Positions 1 to 21,356 of a stretch of 64,000 nucleotides of DNA are shown in pieces. The stretch comes from the human T2T-CHM13v2.0 reference genome, Homo sapiens, in NCBI RefSeq assembly GCF_009914755.1, contig NC_060948.1, one strand, 5' to 3'. Made by a program: the position numbers and the translations under genes. The notes beneath the pieces were generated by a model, which was not told where the DNA came from, ran no database searches, and worked only from the letters and a program-made list of their open reading frames with translations. Each line of letters begins with the position of its first letter. Position 1 is the stretch's first letter.

Positions 1-170
1 ACATTGTGAGGTCCAACTGCTGCCAGGAAGACAGGAGTGCTTTTACATAGACCGAAAGGTCATTGAAGGCTCAGAGTTTTGTTTCAAGAACTGAATCCCA
101 AGCCCACACGTTGTTAGGCTGCGCTTCTTAAAACAAGTTATGAGATGGGAAAAAGGGCACCCACAAACAT
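1..170. repeat. HSATI-like non-Alu segment of the DYZ2 unit (partial at window start)
   Basis: Near-identical to 2412-2581; moderate GC, ending where the AT-rich tract starts. Confidence 0.7.
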
Positions 171-2010
<1,840 letters not shown>

Positions 2011-2581
2011 AGATCCATATTTTTTAAATGAAAAAAAATTTCAAAGGTACTCTGCTTGGTACAATAATCAAATGTATAAACTGAGGAATAAAACATAACC
2101 ATGAAACCTACTTATAACTGCATATGGAAAATACAGAGGATAATTTTTTAAATAACATACTTTGAAAGCCTTAACTAGTAATTTGAAGAGTTGGCATTTG
2201 AAAGGCCAGTATGAATATACCTTCAAAGCAGCAACACAGGTTCCCCAGGAGAAAAAGCAAACACAGGGAAAATAAAAACACAAAGGTTCAATCTCTTCTG
2301 ACCTTTGAAAGACACAGCACAGACAGTGGTCCTTAGGACGAAGAGCAGGAGACCCCTAATTCCGTCACCATGGCGATAGGGCATAAACATTGCTGGGTGA
2401 GGGCACAATCCACATTGTGAGGTCCAACTGCTGCCAGGAAGACAGGAGTGCTTTTACATAGACCGAAAGGTCATTGAAGGCTCAGAGTTTTGTTTCAAGA
2501 ACTGAATCCCAAGCCCACACGTTATTAGGCTGCGCTTCTTAAAACAAGTTATGAGATGGGAAAAAGGGCACCCACAAACAT
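2011..2581. repeat. HSATI-like segment (~570 bp) between the Alu 5' end and the next AT-rich tract; recurs after every Alu copy
   Basis: Non-Alu, non-simple sequence of moderate GC repeated in each unit. The name comes from the known three-part DYZ2 structure, not from an alignment. Confidence 0.7.
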
Positions 2582-4111
2582 ACGTATACATTATGTATAT
2601 AATAATATACAGTATCATATATATAATATATATAACCTATGTATAATATTGTTTTACATCCTGCATCTTATGTTATATATATTGTATAAAATATAATAAT
2701 TGATAATATATAAGTTTTATAATTATACAATATGACATATAGTATATATTATAATTTATGACATATATAATATATGTTATATGTCATATATAGAATATAT
2801 TATACGGTTAATATACGTATTAAATATAAATTATACATTATATATATTATATATAATATATCTGTTATATATAATACCCATTATGCATAATATATATATT
2901 ATGTCTATGTTATATATAGTATAAAACAACATATAATAATATATAATTGTATATATAAAATGCGACATATAATATATATTATATTTTATAACATATGTAA
3001 TATATATTATATATTATATATAATACGTTGTATGTATAATACTTATATTAAATATATATTATATGACTATGTTATTAATTACATGTCACATGTGTTATAT
3101 ATTATATATTTTACATAGAATATACCGGTTACATACAATATATACTATGTTACCTATAATGTATAATTTATTACATGTAAAATAAATAATGCAATATATT
3201 ATGTATAATTTATAATATACCATATGTGGAATGTGATATATATAACATATAATATATGATATATGATATACAGTATATGATATATAACATACAATATATG
3301 ATTCCTAATATATATGGTATACAATATATATTTTATGATATGTATTCTATATGTTTTATATTCTGTTATATATAACTATTTGAAATTATATATAACTGTA
3401 TAATATTTTATGTAAATATGTAATATAATATATATAACTATATAATATATTATATATAACTATATATTATGTTATATATACTTTTATAACATAATTTACA
3501 TAAAATATCATAATATAATATATATTATATTATTTCATATTACATAATATATATTACATATCACCCAATATAACTAACATACATAATATTATAATATAGA
3601 TTATACTGTGTTATATTAAATATCATATATATCATGTATCATATATTCTATAATATATATTACACATTATATAATTTGTATGTTGTCTATTATGTGATAT
3701 ATAACTATATATAATTATATTTTTATACATATAACTAGATAAACATGTAATTCTACATATTTTCATTTATAATATGTAGAATTATATAATCATATATAAT
3801 TATTTATATTCTATAAAAAATTTTATCATTATATAAATTATAATATATAAAAATTATAATATGTACTACAAATATATATATTATATATCATATATGATAT
3901 AGTACCTTTGTTATATATCATAATACATATAAATGTGTATTATGTTATCTATAATTATATAATTTCATATATAAGATGTATAATATGTATCATATATTAT
4001 ATAAGTTATGTAATATATATAGTATATATAAGATGACACAGGATAAATATTATATACTATGACATATAAAATATATGAGGTTACATGTTACATATAAGGC
4101 ATAGCACATAA

Positions 4112-4426
<315 letters not shown>

Positions 4427-6531
4427 AGATCCATATTTTTTAAATGAAAAAAAATTTCAAAGGTACTCTGCTTGGTACAATAATCAAATGTATAAACTGA
4501 GGAATAAAACATAACCATGAAACCTACTTATAACTGCATATGGAAAATACAGAGGATAATTTTTTAAATAACATATTTTGAAAGCCTTAACTAGTAATTT
4601 GAAGAGTTGGCATTTGAAAGGCCAGTATGAATATACCTTCAAAGCAGCAACACAGGTTCCCCATGAGAAAAAGCAAACACAGGGAAAATAAAAACACAAA
4701 GGTTCAATCTCTTCTGACCTTTGAAAGACACAGCACAGACAGTGGTCCTTAGGACGAAGAGCAGGAGACCCCTAATTCCGTCACCATGGCGATAGGGCAT
4801 AAACATTGCTGGGTGAGGGCACAATCCACATTGTGAGGTCCAACTGCTGCCAGGAAGACAGGAGTGCTTTTACATAGACCGAAAGGTCATTGAAGGCTCA
4901 GAGTTTTGTTTCAAGAACTGAATCCCAAGCCCACACGTTATTAGGCTGCGCTTCTTAAAACAAGTTATGAGATGGGAAAAAGGGCACCCACAAACATACG
5001 TATACATTATGTATATAATAATATACAGTATCATATATATAATATATATAACCTATGTATAATATTGTTTTACATCCTGCATCTTATGTTATATATATTG
5101 TATAAAATATAATAATTGATAATATATAAGTTTTATAATTATACAATATGACATATAGTATATATTATAATTTATGACATATATAATATATGTTATATGT
5201 CATATATAGAATATATTATACGGTTAATATACGTATTAAATATAAATTATACATTATATATATTATATATAATATATCTGTTATATATAATACCCATTAT
5301 GCATAATATATATATTATGTCTACGTTATATATAGTATAAAACAACATATAATAATATATAATTGTATATATAAAATGCGACATATAATATATATTATAT
5401 TTTATAACATATGTAATATATATTATATATTATATATAATACGTTGTATGTATAATACCTATATTAAATATATATTATATGACTATGTTATTAATTACAT
5501 GTCACATGTGTTATATATTATATATTTTACATAGAATATACCGGTTACATACCATATATACTATGTTACCTATAATGTATAATTTATTACATGTAAAATA
5601 AATAATGCAATATATTATGTATAATTTATAATATACCATATGTGGAATGTGATATATATAACATATAATATATGATATATGATATACAGTATATGATATA
5701 TAACATACAATATATCATTCCTAATATATACGGTATACAATATATATTTTATGATATGTATTATATATGTTTTATATTCTGTTATATATAACTATTTGAA
5801 ATTATATATAACTGTATAATATTTTATGTAAATATGTAATATAATATATATAACTATATAATATATTATATATAACTATATATTATGTTATATATACTTT
5901 TATAACATAATTTACAAAAAATATCATAATATAATATATATTATATTATTTCATATTACATAATATATATTACATATCACCCAATATAACTAACATACAT
6001 AATATTATAATATAGATTATACTGTGTTATATTAAATATCATATATATCATGTATCATATATTCTATAATATATATTACACATTATATAATATGTATGTT
6101 GTCTATTATGTGATATATATAACTATATATATAATTATATTTTTATACATATAACTTGATAAACATGTAATTCTACATATTTTCATTTATAATATGTAGA
6201 ATTATATAATCATATATAATTATTTATATTCTATAAAAAATTTTATCATTATATAAATTATAATATATAAAAATTATAATATGTACTACAAATATATATA
6301 TTATATATCATATATGATATAGTACCTTTGTTATATATCATAATACATATAAATGTGTATTATGTTATCTATAATTATATAATTTCATATATAAGATGTA
6401 TAATATGTATCATATATTATGTAAGTTATGTAATATATATAGTATATATAAGATGACACAGGATAAATATTATATACTATGACATATAAAATATATGAGG
6501 TTATTTGTTACATATAAGGCATAGCACATAA

Positions 6532-6846
<315 letters not shown>

Positions 6847-8972
6847 AGATCCATATTTTTTAAATGAAAAAAAATTTCAAAGGTACTCTGCTTGGTACAA
6901 TAATCAAATGTATAAACTGAGGAATAAAACATAACCATGAAACCTACTTATAACTGCATATGGAAAATACAGAGGATAATTTTTTAAATAACATATTTTG
7001 AAAGCCTTAACTAGTAATTTGAAGAGTTGGCATTTGAAAGGCCAGTATGAATATACCTTCAAAGCAGCAACACAGGTTCCCCATGAGAAAAAGCAAACAC
7101 AGGGAAAATAAAAACACAAAGGTTCAATCTCTTCTGACCTTTGAAAGACACAGCACAGACAGTGGTCCTTAGGACGAAGAGCAGGAGACCCCTAATTCCG
7201 TCACCATGGCGATAGGGCATAAACATTGCTGGGTGAGGGCACAATCCACATTGTGAGGTCCAACTGCTGCCAGGAAGACAGGAGTGCTTTTACATAGACC
7301 GAAAGGTCATTGAAGGCTCAGAGTTTTGTTTCAAGAACTGAATCCCAAGCCCACACGTTATTAGGCTGCGCTTCTTAAAACAAGTTATGAGATGGGAAAA
7401 AGGGCACCCACAAACATACGTATACATTATGTATATAATAATATACAGTATCATATATATAATATATATAACCTATGTATAATATTGTTTTACATCCTGC
7501 ATCTTATGTTATATATATTGTATAAAATATAATAATTGATAATATATAAGTTTTATAATTATACAATATGACATATAGTATATATTATAATTTATGACAT
7601 ATATAATATATGTTATATGTCATATATAGAATATATTATACGGTTAATATACGTATTAAATATAAATTATACATTATATATATTATATATAATATATCTG
7701 TTATATATAATACCCATTATGCATAATATATATATTATGTCTACATTATATATAGTATAAAACAACATATAATAATATATAATTGTATATATAAAATGCG
7801 ACATATAATATATATTATATTTTATAACATATGTAATATATATTATATATTATATATAATACGTTGTATGTATAATACTTATATTAAATATATATTATAT
7901 GACTATGTTATTAATTACATGTCACATGTGTTATATATTATATATTTTACATAGAATATACCGGTTACATACAATATATACTATGTTACCTATAATGTAT
8001 AATTTATTACATGTAAAATAAATAATGCAATATATTATGTATAATTTATAATATACCATATGTGGAATGTGATATATATAACATATTATATATGATATAT
8101 GATATACAGTATATGATATGTAACATACAATATATGATTCCTAATATATATGGTATACAATATATATTTTATGATATGTATTCTATATGTTTTATATTCT
8201 GTTATATATAACTATTTGAAATTATATATAACTGTATAATATTTTATGTAAATATGTAATATAATATATATAACTATATAATATATTATATATAACTATA
8301 TATTATGTTATATATACTTTTATAACATAATTTACAAAAAATATCATAATATAATATATATTATATTATTTCATATTACATAATATATATTACATATCAC
8401 CCAATATAACTAACATACATAATATTATAATATAGATTATACTGTGTTATATTAAATATCATATATATCATGTATCATATATTCTATAATATATATTACA
8501 CATTATATAATATGTATGTTGTCTATTATGTGATATATAACTATATATATAATTATATTTTTATACATATAACTAGATAAACATGTAATTCTACATATTT
8601 TCATTTATAATATGTAGAATTATATAATCATATATAATTATTTATATTCTATAAAAAATTTTATCATTATATAAATTATAATATATAAAAATTATAATAT
8701 GTACTACAAATATATATATTATATATCATATATGATATAGTACCTTTGTTATATATCATAATACATATAAATGTGTATTATGTTATCTATAATTATATAA
8801 TTTCATATATAAGATGTATAATATGTATCATATATTATGTAAGTTATGTAATATATATAGTATATATAAGATGACACAGGATAAATATTATATACTATGA
8901 CATATAAAATATATGAGGTTATTTGTTACATATAAGGCATAGCACATAACATGTAATATATATCATATATAA

Positions 8973-9264
<292 letters not shown>

Positions 9265-11369
9265 AGATCCATATTTTTTAAATGAAAAAAAATTTCAAAG
9301 GTACTCTGCTTGGTACAATAATCAAATGTATAAACTGAGGAATAAAACATAACCATGAAACCTACTTATAACTGCATATGGAAAATACAGAGGATAATTT
9401 TTTAAATAACATATTTTGAAAGCCTTAACTAGTAATTTGAAGAGTTGGCAATTGTAAGGCCAGTATGAATATACCTTCAAAGCAGCAACACAGGTTCCCC
9501 ATGAGAAAAAGCAAACACAGGGAAAATAAAAACACAAAGGTTCAATCTCTTCTGACCTTTGAAAGACACAGCACAGACAGTGGTCCTTAGGACAAAGAGC
9601 AGGAGACCCCTAATTCCGTCACCATGGCGATAGGGCATAAACATTGCTGGGTGAGGGCACAATCCACATTGTGAGGTCCAACTGCTGCCAGGAAGACAGG
9701 AGTGCTTTTACATAGACCGAAAGGTCATTGAAGGCTCAGAGTTTTGTTTCAAGAACTGAATCCCAAGCCCACACGTTATTAGGCTGCGCTTCTTAAAACA
9801 AGTTATGAGATGGGAAAAAGGGCACCCACAAACATACGTATACATTATGTATATAATAATATACAGTATCATATATATAATATATATAACCTATGTATAA
9901 TATTGTTTTACATCCTGCATCTTATGTTATATATATTGTATAAAATATAATAATTGATAATATATAAGTTTTATAATTATACAATATGACATATAGTATA
10001 TATTATAATTTATGACATATATAATATATGTTACATGTCATATATAGAATATATTATACGGCTAATATACGTATTAAATATAAATTATACATTATATATA
10101 TTATATATAATATATCTGTTATATATAATACCCATTATGCATAATATATATATTATGTCTACGTTATATATAGTATAAAACAACATATAATAATATATAA
10201 TTGTATATATAAAATGCGACATATAATATATATTATATTTTATAACATATGTAATATATATTATATATTATATATAATACGTTGTATGTATAATACCTAT
10301 ATTAAATATATATTATATGACTATGTTATTAATTACATGTCACATGTGTTATATATTATATATTTTACATAGAATATACCGGTTACATACCATATATACT
10401 ATGTTACCTATAATGTATAATTTATTACATGTAAAATAAATAATGCAATATATTATGTATAATTTATAATATACCATATGTGGAATGTGATATATATAAC
10501 ATATAATATATGATATATGATATACAGTATATGATATATAACATACAATATATGATTCCTAATATATACGGTATACAATATATATTTTATGATATGTATT
10601 ATATATGTTTTATATTCTGTTATATATAACTATTTGAAATTATATATAACTGTATAATATTTTATGTAAATATGTAATATAATATATATAACTATATAAT
10701 ATATTATATATAACTATATATTATGTTATATATACTTTTATAACATAATTTACAAAAAATATCATAATATAATATATATTATATTATTTCATATTACATA
10801 ATATATATTACATATCACCCAATATAACTAACATACATAATATTATAATATAGATTATACTGTGTTATATTAAATATCATATATATCATGTATCATATAT
10901 TCTATAATATATATTACACATTATATAATATGTATGTTGTCTATTATGTGATATATATAACTATATATATAATTATATTTTTATACATATAACTTGATAA
11001 ACATGTAATTCTACATATTTTCATTTATAATATGTAGAATTATATAATCATATATAATTATTTATATTCTATAAAAAATTTTATCATTATATAAATTATA
11101 ATATATAAAAATTATAATATGTACTACAAATATATATATTATATATCATATATGATATAGTACCTTTGTTATATATCATAATACATATAAATGTGTATTA
11201 TGTTATCTATAATTATATAATTTCATATATAAGATGTATAATATGTATCATATATTATATAAGTTATGTAATATATATAGTATATATAAGATGACACAGG
11301 ATAAATATTATATACTATGACATATAAAATATATGAGGTTATATGTTACATATAAGGCATAGCACATAA

Positions 11370-11684
<315 letters not shown>

Positions 11685-13810
11685 AGATCCATATTTTTTA
11701 AATGAAAAAAAATTTCAAAGGTACTCTGCTTGGTACAATAATCAAATGTATAAACTGAGGAATAAAACATAACCATGAAACCTACTTATAACTGCATATG
11801 GAAAATACAGAGGATAATTTTTTAAATAACATATTTTGAAAGCCTTAACTAGTAATTTGAAGAGTTGGCATTTGAAAGGCCAGTATGAATATACCTTCAA
11901 AGCAGCAACACAGGTTCCCCATGAGAAAAAGCAAACACAGGGAAAATAAAAACACAAAGGTTCAATCTCTTCTGACCTTTGAAAGACACAGCACAGACAG
12001 TGGTCCTTAGGACGAAGAGCAGGAGACCCCTAATTCCGTCACCATGGCGATAGGGCATAAACATTGCTGGGTGAGGGCACAATCCACATTGTGAGGTCCA
12101 ACTGCTGCCAGGAAGACAGGAGTGCTTTTACATAGACCGAAAGGTCATTGAAGGCTCAGAGTTTTGTTTCAAGAACTGAATCCCAAGCCCACACGTTATT
12201 AGGCTGCGCTTCTTAAAACAAGTTATGAGATGGGAAAAAGGGCACCCACAAACATACGTATACATTATGTATATAATAATATACAGTATCATATATATAA
12301 TATATATAACCTATGTATAATATTGTTTTACATCCTGCATCTTATGTTATATATATTGTATAAAATATAATAATTGATAATATATAAGTTTTATAATTAT
12401 ACAATATGACATATAGTATATATTATAATTTATGACATATATAATATATGTTATATGTCATATATAGAATATATTATACGGTTAATATACGTATTAAATA
12501 TAAATTATACATTATATATATTATATATAATATATCTGTTATATATAATACCCATTATGCATAATATATATATTATGTCTACATTATATATAGTATAAAA
12601 CAACATATAATAATATATAATTGTATATATAAAATGCGACATATAATATATATTATATTTTATAACATATGTAATATATATTATATATTATATATAATAC
12701 GTTGTATGTATAATACTTATATTAAATATATATTATATGACTATGTTATTAATTACATGTCACATGTGTTATATATTATATATTTTACATAGAATATACC
12801 GGTTACATACAATATATACTATGTTACCTATAATGTATAATTTATTACATGTAAAATAAATAATGCAATATATTATGTATAATTTATAATATACCATATG
12901 TGGAATGTGATATATATAACATATTATATATGATATATGATATACAGTATATGATATGTAACATACAATATATGATTCCTAATATATATGGTATACAATA
13001 TATATTTTATGATATGTATTCTATATGTTTTATATTCTGTTATATATAACTATTTGAAATTATATATAACTGTATAATATTTTATGTAAATATGTAATAT
13101 AATATATATAACTATATAATATATTATATATAACTATATATTATGTTATATATACTTTTATAACATAATTTACAAAAAATATCATAATATAATATATATT
13201 ATATTATTTCATATTACATAATATATATTACATATCACCCAATATAACTAACATACATAATATTATAATATAGATTATACTGTGTTATATTAAATATCAT
13301 ATATATCATGTATCATATATTCTATAATATATATTACACATTATATAATATGTATGTTGTCTATTATGTGATATATAACTATATATATAATTATATTTTT
13401 ATACATATAACTAGATAAACATGTAATTCTACATATTTTCATTTATAATATGTAGAATTATATAATCATATATAATTATTTATATTCTATAAAAAATTTT
13501 ATCATTATATAAATTATAATATATAAAAATTATAATATGTACTACAAATATATATATTATATATCATATATGATATAGTACCTTTGTTATATATCATAAT
13601 ACATATAAATGTGTATTATGTTATCTATAATTATATAATTTCATATATAAGATGTATAATATGTATCATATATTATGTAAGTTATGTAATATATATAGTA
13701 TATATAAGATGACACAGGATAAATATTATATACTATGACATATAAAATATATGAGGTTATTTGTTACATATAAGGCATAGCACATAACATGTAATATATA
13801 TCATATATAA

Positions 13811-14102
<292 letters not shown>

Positions 14103-16207
14103 AGATCCATATTTTTTAAATGAAAAAAAATTTCAAAGGTACTCTGCTTGGTACAATAATCAAATGTATAAACTGAGGAATAAAACATAACCATGAAACC
14201 TACTTATAACTGCATATGGAAAATACAGAGGATAATTTTTTAAATAACATATTTTGAAAGCCTTAACTAGTAATTTGAAGAGTTGGCAATTGTAAGGCCA
14301 GTATGAATATACCTTCAAAGCAGCAACACAGGTTCCCCATGAGAAAAAGCAAACACAGGGAAAATAAAAACACAAAGGTTCAATCTCTTCTGACCTTTGA
14401 AAGACACAGCACAGACAGTGGTCCTTAGGACAAAGAGCAGGAGACCCCTAATTCCGTCACCATGGCGATAGGGCATAAACATTGCTGGGTGAGGGCACAA
14501 TCCACATTGTGAGGTCCAACTGCTGCCAGGAAGACAGGAGTGCTTTTACATAGACCGAAAGGTCATTGAAGGCTCAGAGTTTTGTTTCAAGAACTGAATC
14601 CCAAGCCCACACGTTATTAGGCTGCGCTTCTTAAAACAAGTTATGAGATGGGAAAAAGGGCACCCACAAACATACGTATACATTATGTATATAATAATAT
14701 ACAGTATCATATATATAATATATATAACCTATGTATAATATTGTTTTACATCCTGCATCTTATGTTATATATATTGTATAAAATATAATAATTGATAATA
14801 TATAAGTTTTATAATTATACAATATGACATATAGTATATATTATAATTTATGACATATATAATATATGTTACATGTCATATATAGAATATATTATACGGC
14901 TAATATACGTATTAAATATAAATTATACATTATATATATTATATATAATATATCTGTTATATATAATACCCATTATGCATAATATATATATTATGTCTAC
15001 GTTATATATAGTATAAAACAACATATAATAATATATAATTGTATATATAAAATGCGACATATAATATATATTATATTTTATAACATATGTAATATATATT
15101 ATATATTATATATAATACGTTGTATGTATAATACCTATATTAAATATATATTATATGACTATGTTATTAATTACATGTCACATGTGTTATATATTATATA
15201 TTTTACATAGAATATACCGGTTACATACCATATATACTATGTTACCTATAATGTATAATTTATTACATGTAAAATAAATAATGCAATATATTATGTATAA
15301 TTTATAATATACCATATGTGGAATGTGATATATATAACATATAATATATGATATATGATATACAGTATATGATATATAACATACAATATATGATTCCTAA
15401 TATATACGGTATACAATATATATTTTATGATATGTATTATATATGTTTTATATTCTGTTATATATAACTATTTGAAATTATATATAACTGTATAATATTT
15501 TATGTAAATATGTAATATAATATATATAACTATATAATATATTATATATAACTATATATTATGTTATATATACTTTTATAACATAATTTACAAAAAATAT
15601 CATAATATAATATATATTATATTATTTCATATTACATAATATATATTACATATCACCCAATATAACTAACATACATAATATTATAATATAGATTATACTG
15701 TGTTATATTAAATATCATATATATCATGTATCATATATTCTATAATATATATTACACATTATATAATATGTATGTTGTCTATTATGTGATATATATAACT
15801 ATATATATAATTATATTTTTATACATATAACTAGATAAACATGTAATTCTACATATTTTCATTTATAATATGTAGAATTATATAATCATATATAATTATT
15901 TATATTCTATAAAAAATTTTATCATTATATAAATTATAATATATAAAAATTATAATATGTACTACAAATATATATATTATATATCATATATGATATAGTA
16001 CCTTTGTTATATATCATAATACATATAAATGTGTATTATGTTATCTATAATTATATAATTTCATATATAAGATGTATAATATGTATCATATATTATATAA
16101 GTTATGTAATATATATAGTATATATAAGATGACACAGGATAAATATTATATACTATGACATATAAAATATATGAGGTTATATGTTACATATAAGGCATAG
16201 CACATAA

Positions 16208-16522
<315 letters not shown>

Positions 16523-18648
16523 AGATCCATATTTTTTAAATGAAAAAAAATTTCAAAGGTACTCTGCTTGGTACAATAATCAAATGTATAAACTGAGGAA
16601 TAAAACATAACCATGAAACCTACTTATAACTGCATATGGAAAATACAGAGGATAATTTTTTAAATAACATATTTTGAAAGCCTTAACTAGTAATTTGAAG
16701 AGTTGGCATTTGAAAGGCCAGTATGAATATACCTTCAAAGCAGCAACACAGGTTCCCCATGAGAAAAAGCAAACACAGGGAAAATAAAAACACAAAGGTT
16801 CAATCTCTTCTGACCTTTGAAAGACACAGCACAGACAGTGGTCCTTAGGACGAAGAGCAGGAGACCCCTAATTCCGTCACCATGGCGATAGGGCATAAAC
16901 ATTGCTGGGTGAGGGCACAATCCACATTGTGAGGTCCAACTGCTGCCAGGAAGACAGGAGTGCTTTTACATAGACCGAAAGGTCATTGAAGGCTCAGAGT
17001 TTTGTTTCAAGAACTGAATCCCAAGCCCACACGTTATTAGGCTGCGCTTCTTAAAACAAGTTATGAGATGGGAAAAAGGGCACCCACAAACATACGTATA
17101 CATTATGTATATAATAATATACAGTATCATATATATAATATATATAACCTATGTATAATATTGTTTTACATCCTGCATCTTATGTTATATATATTGTATA
17201 AAATATAATAATTGATAATATATAAGTTTTATAATTATACAATATGACATATAGTATATATTATAATTTATGACATATATAATATATGTTATATGTCATA
17301 TATAGAATATATTATACGGTTAATATACGTATTAAATATAAATTATACATTATATATATTATATATAATATATCTGTTATATATAATACCCATTATGCAT
17401 AATATATATATTATGTCTACATTATATATAGTATAAAACAACATATAATAATATATAATTGTATATATAAAATGCGACATATAATATATATTATATTTTA
17501 TAACATATGTAATATATATTATATATTATATATAATACGTTGTATGTATAATACTTATATTAAATATATATTATATGACTATGTTATTAATTACATGTCA
17601 CATGTGTTATATATTATATATTTTACATAGAATATACCGGTTACATACAATATATACTATGTTACCTATAATGTATAATTTATTACATGTAAAATAAATA
17701 ATGCAATATATTATGTATAATTTATAATATACCATATGTGGAATGTGATATATATAACATATTATATATGATATATGATATACAGTATATGATATATAAC
17801 ATACAATATATGATTCCTAATATATATGGTATACAATATATATTTTATGATATGTATTCTATATGTTTTATATTCTGTTATATATAACTATTTGAAATTA
17901 TATATAACTGTATAATATTTTATGTAAATATGTAATATAATATATATAACTATATAATATATTATATATAACTATATATTATGTTATATATACTTTTATA
18001 ACATAATTTACAAAAAATATCATAATATAATATATATTATATTATTTCATATTACATAATATATATTACATATCACCCAATATAACTAACATACATAATA
18101 TTATAATATAGATTATACTGTGTTATATTAAATATCATATATATCATGTATCATATATTCTATAATATATATTACACATTATATAATATGTATGTTGTCT
18201 ATTATGTGATATATAACTATATATATAATTATATTTTTATACATATAACTAGATAAACATGTAATTCTACATATTTTCATTTATAATATGTAGAATTATA
18301 TAATCATATATAATTATTTATATTCTATAAAAAATTTTATCATTATATAAATTATAATATATAAAAATTATAATATGTACTACAAATATATATATTATAT
18401 ATCATATATGATATAGTACCTTTGTTATATATCATAATACATATAAATGTGTATTATGTTATCTATAATTATATAATTTCATATATAAGATGTATAATAT
18501 GTATCATATATTATGTAAGTTATGTAATATATATAGTATATATAAGATGACACAGGATAAATATTATATACTATGACATATAAAATATATGAGGTTATTT
18601 GTTACATATAAGGCATAGCACATAACATGTAATATATATCATATATAA

Positions 18649-18940
<292 letters not shown>

Positions 18941-21041
18941 AGATCCATATTTTTTAAATGAAAAAAAATTTCAAAGGTACTCTGCTTGGTACAATAATCA
19001 AATGTATAAACTGAGGAATAAAACATAACCATGAAACCTACTTATAACTGCATATGGAAAATACAGAGGATAATTTTTTAAATAACATATTTTGAAAGCC
19101 TTAACTAGTAATTTGAAGAGTTGGCATTTGAAAGGCCAGTATGAATATACCTTCAAAGCAGCAACACAGGTTCCCCATGAGAAAAAGCAAACACAGGGAA
19201 AATAAAAACACAAAGGTTCAATCTCTTCTGACCTTTGAAAGACACAGCACAGACAGTGGTCCTTAGGACGAAGAGCAGGAGACCCCTAATTCCGTCACCA
19301 TGGCGATAGGGCATAAACATTGCTGGGTGAGGGCACAATCCACATTGTGAGGTCCAACTGCTGCCAGGAAGACAGGAGTGCTTTTACATAGACCGAAAGG
19401 TCATTGAAGGCTCAGAGTTTTGTTTCAAGAACTGAATCCCAAGCCCACACGTTATTAGGCTGCGCTTCTTAAAACAAGTTATGAGATGGGAAAAAGGGCA
19501 CCCACAAACATACGTATACATTATGTATATAATAATATACAGTATCATATATATAATATATATAACCTATGTATAATATTGTTTTACATCCTGCATCTTA
19601 TGTTATATATATTGTATAAAATATAATAATTGATAATATATAAGTTTTATAATTATACAATATGACATATAGTATATATTATAATTTATGACATATATAA
19701 TATATGTTACATGTCATATATAGAATATATTATACGGTTAATATACGTATTAAATATAAATTATACATTATATATATTATATATAATATATCTGTTATAT
19801 ATAATACCCATTATGCATAATATATATATTATGTCTACGTTATATATAGTATAAAACAACATATAATAATATATAATTGTATATATAAAATGCGACATAT
19901 AATATATATTATATTTTATAACATATGTAATATATATTATATATTATATATAATACGTTGTATGTATAATACTTATATTAAATATATATTATATGACTAT
20001 GTTATTAATTACATGTCACATGTGTTATATATTATATATTTTACATAGAATATACCGGTTACATACAATATATACTATGTTACCTATAATGTATAATTTA
20101 TTACATGTAAAATAAATAATGCAATATATTATGTATAATTTATAATATACCATATGTGGAATGTGATATATATAACATATAATATATGATATATGATATA
20201 CAGTATATGATATATAACATACAATATATGATTCCTAATATATATGGTATACAATATATATTTTATGATATGTATTCTATATGTTTTATATTCTGTTATA
20301 TATAACTATTTGAAATTATATATAACTGTATAATATTTTATGTAAATATGTAATATAATATATATAACTATATAATATATTATATATAACTATATATTAT
20401 GTTATATATACTTTTATATCATAATTTACAAAAAATATCATAATATAATATATATTATATTATTTCATATTACATAATATATATTACATATCACCCAATA
20501 TAACTAACATACATAATATTATAATATAGATTATACTGTGTTATATTAAATATCATATATATCATGTATCATATATTCTATAATATATATTACACATTAT
20601 ATAATACGTATGTTGTCTATTATGTGATATATAACTATATATAATTATATTTTTATACATATAACTAGATAAACATGTAATTCTACATATTTTCATTTAT
20701 AATATGTAGAATTATATAATCATATATAATTATTTATATTCTATAAAAAATTTTATCATTATATAAATTATAATATATAAAAATTATAATATGTACTACA
20801 AATATATATATTATATATCATATATGATATAGTACCTTTGTTATATATCATAATACATATAAATGTGTATTATGTTATCTATAATTATATAATTTCATAT
20901 ATAAGATGTATAATATGTATCATATATTATATAAGTTATGTAATATATATAGTATATATAAGATGACACAGGATAAATATTATATACTATGACATATAAA
21001 ATATATGAGGTTATATGTTACATATAAGGCATAGCACATAA

Positions 21042-21356
<315 letters not shown>

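Noticed and set aside
2068-2283. 71 aa minus-strand ORF repeated in every unit
   Set aside because: It starts at TTG, not ATG, has no recognisable domain, and lies in satellite DNA. Its recurrence simply reflects near-identical repeat units, and most observed variants change amino acids.
2223-2408. 61 aa minus-strand ORF repeated in every unit
   Set aside because: TTG start, overlaps the other short ORF, no homology recognised, and it absorbs many nonsynonymous changes in U14. No evidence of coding constraint.
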